A stretch of 64,000 bases of DNA from Escherichia phage slur09: the sequence record NC_028840.1; one strand, 5' to 3'. Positions 17,197 to 26,932 of this stretch are shown here, piece after piece. The notes below the pieces were generated by a model. That model worked only from the letters and a program-made list of their open reading frames with translations. It searched no databases and was not told where the DNA came from. How positions within the stretch are numbered: position 1 is the first letter of the stretch; the number at the start of each line of letters is the position of its first letter. The position numbers and the translations under genes were made by a program.

Positions 17197-17937
17197 CTTA
17201 AATGATAGTGTTTCTCACTTAGGCTAATGATTTCTTATAGTTATTATTTCTCATTAATTTATATGTATATAATATATTATGTAATAGTTAGTTGGCTAAT
17301 GAGATTTTCCGTGATTAATAGTCTGCTATTAATTCAGGCCGTTACAATCCACCAGCATGACCATCATCCTAGCAATTATTAGTCTGCTATTCTTCCAATA
17401 CACACTAGCAAATAAAAGTCAATTAATTTATTTTATAAAATAAGTAGTTATCCACTGGAAAATAAAAGTCAAGTGGATAACTAGGAAAATTTCATTTTTG
17501 CTTTGGGGATAAGTTATCAACAAGGCTAGAATGCGCCTAAAACGCTCCAGAACGCGATAAAGTTTTAGGCCATCCCATCATAAGGGGATAGGCCGTTTAT
17601 CGCTACCACGAGCTTTTTAGATTTTGTCAAGTAGGGCAAAGCAAATATAAATGAAAAAATTACTTGCCTATCTGCTTTGTTTTGTGGTATTCGCGCGCCC
17701 GTTTCTTTTAATTTTAATGCGCCGTGCCCAGGTCGCCGCACGGTGTCCGGTGGCGTTTGTCTTTACGTTTCTTTACAAAAATAAGGTTGCGCCATTTTCG
17801 GGAATCCCCTATTATTTATCACGTAGGGCGGCAATGACGAACTACACGGCGGGAAGTTTACCGCCACGCTCTTTAAAAATTGGGTATATCTTAAAGCCTA
17901 TCGGCGGTAAACTTATTTATTATAAGGAATCGACGAT

Positions 17938-18141
17938 ATGAAACAAACTTTATTGATCACTGGCAAGCCTAGCAAGGCACTAGATAGCAAAACAAAAGAT
18001 TTGTTGACAGTAGCGCAAAGATCGGTAAAATATCGATTTAAGCAGTACAAGAAAGGTCGCCAGCAAGGTCTGGAAATGATCTGGCGAAATATTATGATTG
18101 ACCTGAAAGAAAATCATAAAAAATCTCAAAAAATTGTTTGA
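17938..18141 (+). CDS. small basic protein
   Basis: 67 aa ORF with RBS AAGGA. Confidence 0.45.
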   Translation: MKQTLLITGKPSKALDSKTKDLLTVAQRSVKYRFKQYKKGRQQGLEMIWRNIMIDLKENHKKSQKIV

Positions 18142-18372
18142 CAACCTAGCCGATAGGTTTTAAGATGTACCCAGTTCGATAAGAGCGATAACTTGATAAA
18201 ATTTGACGGTCGGCACTTACCATAATGTGTCCCGCCCCCTAACTGGGATATAGCGGCCCGTGTGGAGTTCTTTAAATTGATTAAACTGGCGAGCGGATTG
18301 TTACTTATTACCTGCTGTTACTTTCTAGCAGGTAATGCGGAACAATCCCCTAAATAACTCGGAGTTTATACT

Positions 18373-18624
18373 ATGCAAAACGTTATCACCGCGCCTAAAA
18401 TTGGTCAATCCGTCTTCATTCCTTTCGTTACTAAAACGGATGAATTAACCGGAAAGGCCGAACGCATTAAAGGTGCGGCGCTTATGCCGTTCGATACAAT
18501 CGACGCGGTATATGCTGAAACTGAACGCAGTAACAACGGCAAGCCTGTTTTTAGCGTTCGCGTTAAATCCGGTGACGTTGTAAAGGTTGTTCAACGTAAC
18601 GAAAAATGGGAAGCTGTATTATAA
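18373..18624 (+). CDS. hypothetical pre-early protein
   Basis: 83 aa; preceded by AATCCCCTAAAT...GGAG leader motif. Confidence 0.5.
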   Translation: MQNVITAPKIGQSVFIPFVTKTDELTGKAERIKGAALMPFDTIDAVYAETERSNNGKPVFSVRVKSGDVVKVVQRNEKWEAVL

Positions 18625-18722
18625 ATTAGTGTTAACTTTATATCCCCCTTATTTCAGGGGGATATAACGATTAACATTAAGTTAATCTAATCCCTTAAAT
18701 TAAACTAATAGGAGTTTATATC

Positions 18723-19130
18723 ATGACTAACGTTAAAACCGCAAAATTCGCATGGAATGAAGAAAACACTCAAAAAGCTGTTTCCATGTATCAACAGTTA
18801 ATCAATGAAAACGGTTTAGATTTCGCAAATAGCGACGGCCTGAAAGAGATTGCAAAAGCAGTAGGCGCGGCTTCCCCTGTATCCGTTCGCTCAAAATTGA
18901 CCAGTGCAAAAGCCTATCAAAAAAGTGATAAGCCTCGTAAAGTTGGCGGCGGTAGCTCTGTGCGTAAAGCTCACTATGTGCGCGTTATTGCTAAACATGC
19001 TATCGATTCCGGCATTATTAAAGACGCCGACGATCTGGCAAGTCTGGAAAGTGCAAAACTTGAAACGCTGGACGCAGTAGCGCAACTGTTAGGCGTTGCC
19101 GATGAAGTAAAACAAGCCGCAGGCGAATAA
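18723..19130 (+). CDS. hypothetical pre-early protein
   Basis: 135 aa; preceded by AATCCCTTAAAT...GGAG leader motif and hairpin 18638-18667. Confidence 0.5.
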   Translation: MTNVKTAKFAWNEENTQKAVSMYQQLINENGLDFANSDGLKEIAKAVGAASPVSVRSKLTSAKAYQKSDKPRKVGGGSSVRKAHYVRVIAKHAIDSGIIKDADDLASLESAKLETLDAVAQLLGVADEVKQAAGE

Positions 19131-19222
19131 TAGTTATATCTTGCCCCCTTTTAGTGAGGGGGCAATAATATAACTGTTTAGCGATAGTTATTTTCTTCCC
19201 TTAAATCAGGAGTTTTAAAAAA

Positions 19223-19420
19223 ATGATTTTCTTTCCTACTGAATCATTAATTCTAGGCTTGTTTATTATGGCGGCCTCATTATTATTTGCTTATTTTCAG
19301 AATGATTTAGATTCATATTATTTTAAACGTAAATCTAAATTAGCAAAGCGTTTAGGTCTGCTTTGTTTTATCGCTGCCGTTGCTTGTGGTGTTAGTTCTA
19401 GCCTAGTGCCTTTAAATTAA
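19223..19420 (+). CDS. small membrane protein
   Basis: 65 aa with two hydrophobic segments; CCCTTAAATCAGGAG leader. Confidence 0.45.
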   Translation: MIFFPTESLILGLFIMAASLLFAYFQNDLDSYYFKRKSKLAKRLGLLCFIAAVACGVSSSLVPLN

Positions 19421-19510
19421 TGTTGCAAATTATAACGCCTATTACTTGAGGCGTTATATTTGGCAATATTGCCGTTATTAATCTAATCCCTTTAATGGAG
19501 TTTTATTACT

Positions 19511-21175
19511 ATGATTATTTCCGCAGAAAAACAAACCGTTATCCTGAAAATGGCCGCTGACTTTAATTTCTATGGTAAACGTCTGCGCGCTACTAAACTG
19601 GAAGTCTGCGACGATATATCAAAAGCGGTCTACGATACCACTAAACACTCTACCGCCATTTGTGATTGGTTGGAAGCGAATAAACCAGCTAAACCGAAAG
19701 CGGCAAAAGTAGCAAAAGCCATTAAAAACGATGAGCGCCCAGAAGCGGCGGGAATTGTTTCTAGTACGGTTGAGCAATGGGAAGTAAAACAGGGTAAACG
19801 CTTTATTATTACGTCGATTCAAAATAATACTTTCCCGCATAAAAACTTTTTAGCAAGTCTGGAAAAATTCGCTGAATATATCGGTGCTGATTTGCTTGTT
19901 TCTAAGTATATTTATAATAAAAACGGCTTCCAGAATGGAGAAGGTGCAGACGGTATCAAATACGATCCCGCATTTGATAAATATATTTGCAGCAAAAACG
20001 TGTTTTTAAATAACCGCCGTTTTGCTTTCATGGCTGAAATTAATGTTTTGCCTACCGCAGACTATCCGCTTTCAGGATTTGCAGAAACTGCAACGGCTTT
20101 AAATATTGAAGGGCTGGCAATTGGTCACGCTAAAATTACCGCTGAAAGCGTGCCAGCTTTAAAAGGTGAAGTAGTGCGCCGTATGTATTCAACCGGAACG
20201 ACAACGCTCAAAAACTACATTCAGCAGAAAGCAGGACAAAAGGCCGAGGCGCTGCATAACTTCGGTGCGCTTATTGTTGAGTTCGACGACGACGGGGAAT
20301 TTTTTGTTCGCCAGCTTGAAACGATGGATGAAAGCGGGGTGTTTTATGATCTGAATGTTTGCGCTACTCCTGCTGGATGCTATGAAACGTCGGGGCATGT
20401 TTTAGGCTTGCAATATGGCGATATTCACGCCGAAAAATTAGATGATGATTGTGCCGTTGCGTCATGGGCTGGCGAAAATAGCTTGCTTGATATTCTTAAA
20501 CCTAAATATCAGTTTATTCATGACGTGCATGATTTTACATCGCGCAATCATCATAATCGTGCGTCCGGTGTATTCCTAGCAAAACAGTACGCCGCAGGAC
20601 GTGATAAAGTTCTGGATGATCTTATCGATACCGGTCGCGTGCTGGAATCAATGGAACGCGATTTTAGTCAAACGATTATCGTAGAATCTAACCATGATCT
20701 AGCGTTATCCCGTTGGCTAGATGATCGTAATGCTAACATCAAAGACGATCCAGCAAACGCCGAGTTATATCACCGCCTGAATGCTGCAATTTACGCGGCA
20801 ATCGGTGAACATGACGAGACGTTTAACGTGCTAGATTATGCTTTGCGCAAGGTTGCAGGTTGTGAGTTTAACGCCATTTTCCTGACCACTGACCAATCTT
20901 TCAAGATTGCAGGCATTGAATGCGGCGTACACGGTCACAACGGCATTAACGGTAGCCGTGGCAATCCTAAACAATTTAAGAAATTGGGCAAGTTAAACAC
21001 GGGGCATACGCATACCGCCAGCATTTACGGCGGCGTATACACCGCTGGCGTAGCTGGTAGTCTGGATATGGGCTACAACGTTGGCGCGTCAAGCTGGACG
21101 CAAACGCATTTAATTACCTATGCAAACGGTCAGCGTACTTTGATTGACTTTAAAAACGGTAAATTTTTCGCGTAA
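19511..21175 (+). CDS. A1: A1-like pre-early protein (metallophosphoesterase-type nuclease)
   Basis: 554 aa, matching recalled T5 A1 size; GDIHAE, GHNG and GHTH phosphoesterase-like motifs; followed by A2-like and Dmp-like genes. Confidence 0.6.
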   Translation: MIISAEKQTVILKMAADFNFYGKRLRATKLEVCDDISKAVYDTTKHSTAICDWLEANKPAKPKAAKVAKAIKNDERPEAAGIVSSTVEQWEVKQGKRFIITSIQNNTFPHKNFLASLEKFAEYIGADLLVSKYIYNKNGFQNGEGADGIKYDPAFDKYICSKNVFLNNRRFAFMAEINVLPTADYPLSGFAETATALNIEGLAIGHAKITAESVPALKGEVVRRMYSTGTTTLKNYIQQKAGQKAEALHNFGALIVEFDDDGEFFVRQLETMDESGVFYDLNVCATPAGCYETSGHVLGLQYGDIHAEKLDDDCAVASWAGENSLLDILKPKYQFIHDVHDFTSRNHHNRASGVFLAKQYAAGRDKVLDDLIDTGRVLESMERDFSQTIIVESNHDLALSRWLDDRNANIKDDPANAELYHRLNAAIYAAIGEHDETFNVLDYALRKVAGCEFNAIFLTTDQSFKIAGIECGVHGHNGINGSRGNPKQFKKLGKLNTGHTHTASIYGGVYTAGVAGSLDMGYNVGASSWTQTHLITYANGQRTLIDFKNGKFFA

Positions 21176-21196
21176 TTAAATTATTCCCCTAGCGGC

Positions 21197-21487
21197 TTGA
21201 AATATAGCCGCTATTACAGGAGTCAAAAAATGAAAGTTACATTGCCCAAAACATTGGACGAAAAAGTATTCATTTCACCGGATGAAATGGAATCCGATAA
21301 AGTTTACCGCTTCGGGCCTATCCTAGCCGCCAAAACTAATACTGATGGCATTATTTCCGTCGATTCCCGTGATAATGATATTGTTCCTTTTGATGACGAT
21401 AGCGCTTTTTATGAGTGGTTAAGCGATAATAATTTACCCGTAAACGGTGAAATAACGCCGTATCAAATGCAGATTATTATTAAATAA
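21197..21487 (+). CDS. hypothetical pre-early protein
   Basis: 96 aa ORF. Confidence 0.45.
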   Translation: MKYSRYYRSQKMKVTLPKTLDEKVFISPDEMESDKVYRFGPILAAKTNTDGIISVDSRDNDIVPFDDDSAFYEWLSDNNLPVNGEITPYQMQIIIK

Positions 21488-21523
21488 TTTAAATCCCTTA
21501 TTAAACTATTTGGAGTTATAAAC

Positions 21524-21925
21524 ATGACTAAATCTAACCGCATCCCATTTGACCGCGCTCAATCTTCCTTAATTCTGGTTTATTCTAATGGTCAGCGTTA
21601 TCACGTTGAATCAGGTCACGTTGTTGATGATTTGCTGGAATTTAACGAAGCCCTACAGGTTACAACGTTTGCTTATACCACTGGTAAATTATCCAGCCGT
21701 ATCAAAGCAAAAGGCGTTTATGTTGATACTATTAAGCAAGAAACAATTATTGTGGATGCTCTTAAATCCGGCCTTGCTTTCGTTGTTGTCACACCTTGCC
21801 CCGCTTGCCTTGATGATCAATTGATGAGTGCGAAAGTGTTTACATGCGCCGGGATTCGTTCTAGTGTACATGGTGAAGATATTAGCTTTATTGCCGATGC
21901 TCTCGCTTTTGGTCTGGCGTTCTAA
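21524..21925 (+). CDS. A2: A2-like pre-early protein
   Basis: 133 aa gene immediately after A1-like gene; assignment by size and position only. Confidence 0.45.
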   Translation: MTKSNRIPFDRAQSSLILVYSNGQRYHVESGHVVDDLLEFNEALQVTTFAYTTGKLSSRIKAKGVYVDTIKQETIIVDALKSGLAFVVVTPCPACLDDQLMSAKVFTCAGIRSSVHGEDISFIADALAFGLAF

Positions 21926-22013
21926 TAGTTAATTGAACATAGCCCGCTAATAAAATATAATTAGCGGGCTAGATTGAATTAACCTAAATCCCTTAAATGG
22001 AGAATGTAACAAA

Positions 22014-22748
22014 ATGAATAAAGCTATCATTAATTCTTTCCGTGCTTTCCCGCAAATATCCCGCGTCATGATTTGGGATTTAGACGGCACTATCATTAAT
22101 TCTTTCCATCGTGTAGCGCCTTGCTTTGATAGTGAGGGCAATTTAGATTTAAATAAGTATAAAAATGAAGCCTGTAAACATGATTTAATAATGCAAGATA
22201 CCTTGCTACCGCTTGTTGTTTATATGCGTGAGTGTATGAATGATGTAAATACACTAAACATTATTTGCACCGCTCGACTAATGAGCAAATCAGATTATTA
22301 CTTCCTACGCAAACAAGGCTTGCGCGGTCGTGGTAATAGCAATATCCGCGTATTTTCCCGCGATACACTGCATAAATACTTTGAAGCTGATAAGGTTAGC
22401 GAAATATATCACAGCAAAGACGCAGTATATAAAAGTTATTACTTTGAACTATTTAAACAGTTATATCCTAACGCTGATTTTACGATGATTGATGATCATA
22501 AAGGTGTATTAGCGGCGGCGGCATCATACGGATTTAAAACGCTGGACGCTCAAGCTATTAACGATATTCTATCAATCGGTGTTGCAATGATAGGTGAAAC
22601 CTTTATTGATGAATCCCTCGATGATGATAATGATTATCAATTCCTAGCTGACCGCTTAAAGCTATGCTGGGAAGGTATGACCGAGGAAGAACGCGCAGAA
22701 TATAGTTGCAGCCCGCAACAATATATTGAGAAATTAAAAGTTGCGTAA
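22014..22748 (+). CDS. dmp: 5'-deoxyribonucleotidase (HAD-like), Dmp-like
   Basis: 244 aa; HAD motif I VMIWDLDGTII near N-terminus; size matches recalled T5 Dmp. Confidence 0.6.
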   Translation: MNKAIINSFRAFPQISRVMIWDLDGTIINSFHRVAPCFDSEGNLDLNKYKNEACKHDLIMQDTLLPLVVYMRECMNDVNTLNIICTARLMSKSDYYFLRKQGLRGRGNSNIRVFSRDTLHKYFEADKVSEIYHSKDAVYKSYYFELFKQLYPNADFTMIDDHKGVLAAAASYGFKTLDAQAINDILSIGVAMIGETFIDESLDDDNDYQFLADRLKLCWEGMTEEERAEYSCSPQQYIEKLKVA

Positions 22749-22765
22749 TAATTAAAGTTGAAATA

Positions 22766-22802
22766 GTTTCATCCTGCGATTAAAATGGTTGCAGGATGAA
22801 AC
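22766..22802. terminator. bidirectional hairpin between dmp and minus-strand HNH gene
   Basis: 12-bp stem GTTTCATCCTGC/GCAGGATGAAAC. Confidence 0.5.
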
Positions 22803-22921
22803 AATTACCCTGCTAATAGTAACGGGGGTGGCGGTTAGCAGACTAAGTATTCTCCCCCAACCCACTGGACACACCCACGCGTACGTAATCCAAAGAATTT
22901 GGCAAAAGTCAATTAGCGCTA

Positions 22922-23419
22922 TTAAACGGTATTAGCGAACTCACCGTGGAGAATCTCACGAGCTGCACTGAGTTCTGAAATAGCTTCTTCAAGACTTCCG
23001 AAAGTTCCTATATTTACCATATTGCCATCGACTCTGATTCTTGCCCGATATTTTCCCGAGCTTGTAAGAGTTATTCCCTTGACCCCTGTAGACTCATTCT
23101 TCCACCCCGAGGAGTTTTTACCATTCTCTGCGTGTGAAGCTTTACGAAGATTCCCCCACTTATTATTGAAGGGATCTTGGTCTTTATGATCAATGAGAGA
23201 ATCTCCTGGATCTTCTCCCGTAATGTAGAGCCATGCTACACGATGTGCCTTAAATCTCCCGAGTTTGCCCATGTAAAGAGTTATACCATCTTTCTCTCTA
23301 CCGCCTGCTGGCTTACCTTTACGACTTCCTGAGTTCCAGGTAAACATACCGGTTTCAGGATCATAATCAAATTTCTTCTGGTATTCGGCTAAGGGAAGTA
23401 GAGGTTTATGATCTGCCAT
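22922..23419 (-). CDS. HNH homing endonuclease
   Basis: 165 aa; KAHRVAWLYITGEDPGDSLIDHKDQDPFNNKWGNLRKASHAENGKN. Confidence 0.7.
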   Translation of the reverse strand: MADHKPLLPLAEYQKKFDYDPETGMFTWNSGSRKGKPAGGREKDGITLYMGKLGRFKAHRVAWLYITGEDPGDSLIDHKDQDPFNNKWGNLRKASHAENGKNSSGWKNESTGVKGITLTSSGKYRARIRVDGNMVNIGTFGSLEEAISELSAAREILHGEFANTV

Positions 23420-23624
23420 CTATCTTGAATCTCTTCCGCGACGCCCGAGATCCATCCGACCACTTCCGCTCAAACTCCGCACGTTTCTCGTCAAACTTCC
23501 GCTCCCTTTCCGCAATCTCCCGCGTCACTCCCGCAATATATTCCCGATGCTTATTGATTGCCGCAGTCGTCCCGAAAACTCCCGCGAGTATCCCGATAAT
23601 AAAAGCAATTACAATACTAAACAT
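23406..23624 (-). CDS. small membrane-anchored protein
   Basis: 72 aa; N-terminal TM helix then highly charged tail. Confidence 0.45.
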   Translation of the reverse strand: MFSIVIAFIIGILAGVFGTTAAINKHREYIAGVTREIAERERKFDEKRAEFERKWSDGSRASRKRFKIDGRS

Positions 23625-23811
23625 CTAATTCCTTCTCAATTTGCAGAATACGGGTGCTATCACACCGTTGCAGTAGTACTAGCTTTTCTAGCGCAACTTG
23701 TTGTTGTTTTACCTGGGCTTCTAGAGTTTTTAGGCGAATATACACGATACGAGAGGCAATGAGGATTACCCAGACTAATATTACTATTAGTGTAACTGCC
23801 ACTTCCATCAT
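23617..23811 (-). CDS. small membrane-anchored protein
   Basis: 64 aa; TM helix then coiled-coil-like segment. Confidence 0.45.
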   Translation of the reverse strand: MMEVAVTLIVILVWVILIASRIVYIRLKTLEAQVKQQQVALEKLVLLQRCDSTRILQIEKELDV

Positions 23812-23915
23812 TTACGTTTCTCCGATAGTAAGGTTTCAATTCTAGCTAAGTGATTATCTAAAATACACTGCCCAATAATCACAATCCCCAGTAGTGCAAT
23901 AATTACCCATTCCAT
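23808..23915 (-). CDS. 35-aa membrane peptide
   Basis: Hand-translated MEWVIIALLGIVIIGQCILDNHLARIETLLSEKRK; stop overlaps next start; weak RBS. Confidence 0.3.
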   Translation of the reverse strand: MEWVIIALLGIVIIGQCILDNHLARIETLLSEKRK

Positions 23916-24206
23916 TAGATCCACCCCGCCATAGCTGCTAACCAAAAACCTACGAAAATAAAGAATAGGATAGTTCCGAACCCAAAACTATTTATCCAAC
24001 TCTCATACACTTCTCCACGTCTACTCTTTCTTTTGTTTGACATATCTTTCATGCTCCTATATGTGTGGTATTTAAAATATTCTAGCAATTGCAGTGATTA
24101 GTATAATTATTCCCCCTATACCTTCAATAGTGTATTGTGTGGCATCCTGAACTAATTCTGCACTAGGTGCATCTTAAGTAGTGGTGGTTACTAAGGTGGT
24201 TTTTAC

Positions 24207-24440
24207 TTAGAAAACTCCCTCGCATGTACTTCCTTCGGTAAAGTAGCTTACGGGGGCCCAGAAAGATCCATAGGCCATAATTGGTGACACCAAAAACATA
24301 TCCCCTTTCCTATCAAAAACATTAGCCTTATATTTCACATGATCCTGCATATAGTAGGCCTCACATTTAATATCCTCTGGTCCTAACATGGTGCAGCCTG
24401 AAAGAAGTACAACTGCCAGAGCTAAAAATAATTTTTTCAT
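24207..24440 (-). CDS. llp: lytic-conversion lipoprotein (receptor-blocking), Llp-like
   Basis: 77 aa; signal peptide with lipobox LLSGC; divergent from and adjacent to receptor-binding protein gene. Confidence 0.6.
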   Translation of the reverse strand: MKKLFLALAVVLLSGCTMLGPEDIKCEAYYMQDHVKYKANVFDRKGDMFLVSPIMAYGSFWAPVSYFTEGSTCEGVF

Positions 24441-24519
24441 TTACATTCTCCTCTATTTAATTTATAATACTATTATACAAGATTATAGCAATATAGGCAA
24501 ATAAATTTTTGGAGGATAA

Positions 24520-26439
24520 ATGGGCTTTTTTGCGGGAAGACTAAATAATACTCCTACCTTATCTTTAAAGAGGGGTAGTGGTGGGGATATTAATCAACAT
24601 ATTAATCCTGATAATAATACTATATTTCACTCTAATATGCCTCATGTTATTATTACAGAAACCCACTCAGCTAACTTAGCATTAGCTACTAATGAATATT
24701 ACTGGGCCGCCATGCCTAGTAGAATAGTTACTCTACATAATAACGACTCTAACCTAGTTATTCTTACAGAAATAGAATTCACGGATGGTACTAGGCATAT
24801 GATTAACGGTATGAGCATGGGGGTTGGAGTAAAAGCATATGGAACTACTAACCCACAAGTTAGTAGTGGTGGTGGTAATAAAATTCAGATAACCGCTAGT
24901 GCAGACTTATCTCTAGATGTGGGTTATTTTAATACAGGTACTTCTGGAAGCATTGTAGAAAAACTACGTGATGGTACTGGTTGCCAGCACATGTTTGGTT
25001 CCTATGCTATGCGCAGAGGATTTGCTACAGCAGCTATGTATATGGGTAGCGCAGCATTATATAAATCTGCGTGGGATGGTTCTAGTAATGTTGTTGCGGA
25101 TAGAAATACTCTTACAGTTAAAAGTTCTTCGATTAGACATCCTGGATCACGAAGTCTAGGATTCGATGCTATTTACGTAAGAGGCAGATCTTGTCCTAGA
25201 ATAGTATATGGCTATAATGGTCCTAACCATACCACCGCTGGTAGAGTACAAGGTGTGGCTAGTTCAGCTGCTGAAATGGTGAAGAACTATAACTCTACTG
25301 ACCCAAGTTCTATGGCCTGGGCGGTTGGGTTTGCTAGAGCTGCACCTCATGGGTACGCTTATTGGGAAGGTATGTCTGATCCTAATAACGGTCCTGGTGG
25401 TCCCATTGGTATATATAGTGAGAGCTTAGGAGTTACTCCTAAAAAAGTTACCTGGTATGTAACTAATCTAAGGTATACTGGAAGTGGTTTTACTGTTGGC
25501 ACAGATTTATTCAAAGGTTCTGATATAAAGATAAGTCCTAACGACTTTACTATCAGAGGAGTTAACTTATCTACGACTTCATGGAAGTTTATTAACTTTG
25601 TTCAGCCGGGATATAACCCAGGAAGTAGAGCTGATATTAGAAATATAGGTAATAATGTTAGTAGTAGTTCTAATTCTACTGGTGTGAATGGTATAGCTAC
25701 TTTTGCCGTACCTGTTACTAATGGTAGTAATGCTCCGCTGTTTAAGGGTGGTAACGTGGGTGGTCTTACTAACAGCACTGTTAGTATTTATAGTTTTATG
25801 CCTTCCAGTTCTTGGTACGCTCAGAGTACCCCCCCAAAAATAGGAAATAAATATGGGGATGTTTGGAGTGAAAGTAATATACCTCTACGTTTAATAGCCG
25901 GTAGTGCTTCTGCAACATTATCAGGAAATGTGGTATTTAGTAGTGGTAGTTCAGTTCATTTAACTACCATGGGATTAGGTATCCAAAGTGCGAGAGATGG
26001 AGCCATTGTATGCACAATGGAGTTCCTAGATGATACCTGGTTATCCGCAGGGGGTATAGGCTGCTTTAACCCTAATGAGATACTTAACAGAGGTGCTACT
26101 ACAGGTGATAGTCGTTTTAGGATTTCTAGTAACGCAGTTAGTAAAAAGTTACACCAAATATTATCCTTACCCTCAGGTAAATATGTTCCATTTTTAACTA
26201 TTAAAGGTACTGCTGTTAATGCTACCGGGGGTGGCGGAGCAATGTTTACTCCTACTGCTTTCTGGGTGTCCAGTCTATATGGTGGGAATGCTCAAACTGG
26301 ATATTATACTATAACCTACTATTTGAAAAATGACGGAAATGGTAATGTTAGTGTGTGGCTAAACGCTTCTGTAAGTAATGTGGTTGGACTAAAAGCTTGC
26401 CTACCTAATGTAAAAATAACAATTCAACGCCTTACCTAA
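24520..26439 (+). CDS. oad: receptor-binding tail protein pb5-like
   Basis: 639 aa (T5 pb5 about 640 aa); first gene of late operon next to llp; RBS GGAGG. Confidence 0.6.
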   Translation: MGFFAGRLNNTPTLSLKRGSGGDINQHINPDNNTIFHSNMPHVIITETHSANLALATNEYYWAAMPSRIVTLHNNDSNLVILTEIEFTDGTRHMINGMSMGVGVKAYGTTNPQVSSGGGNKIQITASADLSLDVGYFNTGTSGSIVEKLRDGTGCQHMFGSYAMRRGFATAAMYMGSAALYKSAWDGSSNVVADRNTLTVKSSSIRHPGSRSLGFDAIYVRGRSCPRIVYGYNGPNHTTAGRVQGVASSAAEMVKNYNSTDPSSMAWAVGFARAAPHGYAYWEGMSDPNNGPGGPIGIYSESLGVTPKKVTWYVTNLRYTGSGFTVGTDLFKGSDIKISPNDFTIRGVNLSTTSWKFINFVQPGYNPGSRADIRNIGNNVSSSSNSTGVNGIATFAVPVTNGSNAPLFKGGNVGGLTNSTVSIYSFMPSSSWYAQSTPPKIGNKYGDVWSESNIPLRLIAGSASATLSGNVVFSSGSSVHLTTMGLGIQSARDGAIVCTMEFLDDTWLSAGGIGCFNPNEILNRGATTGDSRFRISSNAVSKKLHQILSLPSGKYVPFLTIKGTAVNATGGGGAMFTPTAFWVSSLYGGNAQTGYYTITYYLKNDGNGNVSVWLNASVSNVVGLKACLPNVKITIQRLT

Positions 26440-26449
26440 AGGAGGAAAT

Positions 26450-26932
26450 ATGGCAAATGATGTATTAGTACCAGATCTTATGTCCCCTGAAGGGATGGAT
26501 GTAATTGAAGCTTATTTACAGTGTGGTAGCGATGTGCCTTCTGCCGCACGTAGTCTTGGAATGTCCGAAATTGCTTTCCGAGATATTATGAATCGTAGTG
26601 AAGTTAAGAACTATTTAAACGATATTTTTATGGAAAGTGGTTTCCGTAACAGAGATCGTTTGTTCGGTGTTCTAGATGAAGTTATTAAACGTAAGCTGGA
26701 GGAACTGGAAGAAACTGGCATGGGTTCTGACCAGGATATTATGGATATTCTATGGAAGGCACATAAAATGAAGATGGAAGAGATGAAAATGATGGTGGAG
26801 CTAGAAAAAGCTAAAGCTGCCGTCCGAGCTCCTGCTAGTCAGACCAATATCCAGAATAATATTATTGCTGGAGCCGGGGATCAAAACTACATGGACTTAA
26901 TTACTTCCCTAGCTACTGGAGGTAAGAAGTAA
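26450..26932 (+). CDS. putative terminase small subunit / DNA-binding protein
   Basis: 160 aa directly upstream of terminase large subunit; assignment by position only. Confidence 0.35.
   Translation: MANDVLVPDLMSPEGMDVIEAYLQCGSDVPSAARSLGMSEIAFRDIMNRSEVKNYLNDIFMESGFRNRDRLFGVLDEVIKRKLEELEETGMGSDQDIMDILWKAHKMKMEEMKMMVELEKAKAAVRAPASQTNIQNNIIAGAGDQNYMDLITSLATGGKK

Larger units (their letters stand above)
17010..17225. repeat. right arm of imperfect inverted repeat flanking the minus-strand cassette
   Basis: See left arm 13316-13530. Confidence 0.75.

Noticed and set aside
13316-17225. Inverted-repeat-bounded segment as a classical IS or transposon
   Set aside because: No transposase, integrase or recombinase-like ORF inside or beside it; the arms are imperfect and contain regulatory-looking motifs, so an IS call is unsupported.
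17651-17941. 96-aa ORF
   Set aside because: Lies in a promoter-rich intergenic region, has no RBS and an implausible Arg/Pro-rich composition; more likely regulatory DNA upstream of 17938-18141.
23918-24045. Apparent membrane-peptide ORF between the 35-aa ORF and llp
   Set aside because: On careful hand translation the hydrophobic frame (...FGFGTILFFIFVGFWLAAMAGWI) has no start codon after an in-frame stop, and the ATG-initiated frame stops after 16 codons; possibly a decayed gene remnant.
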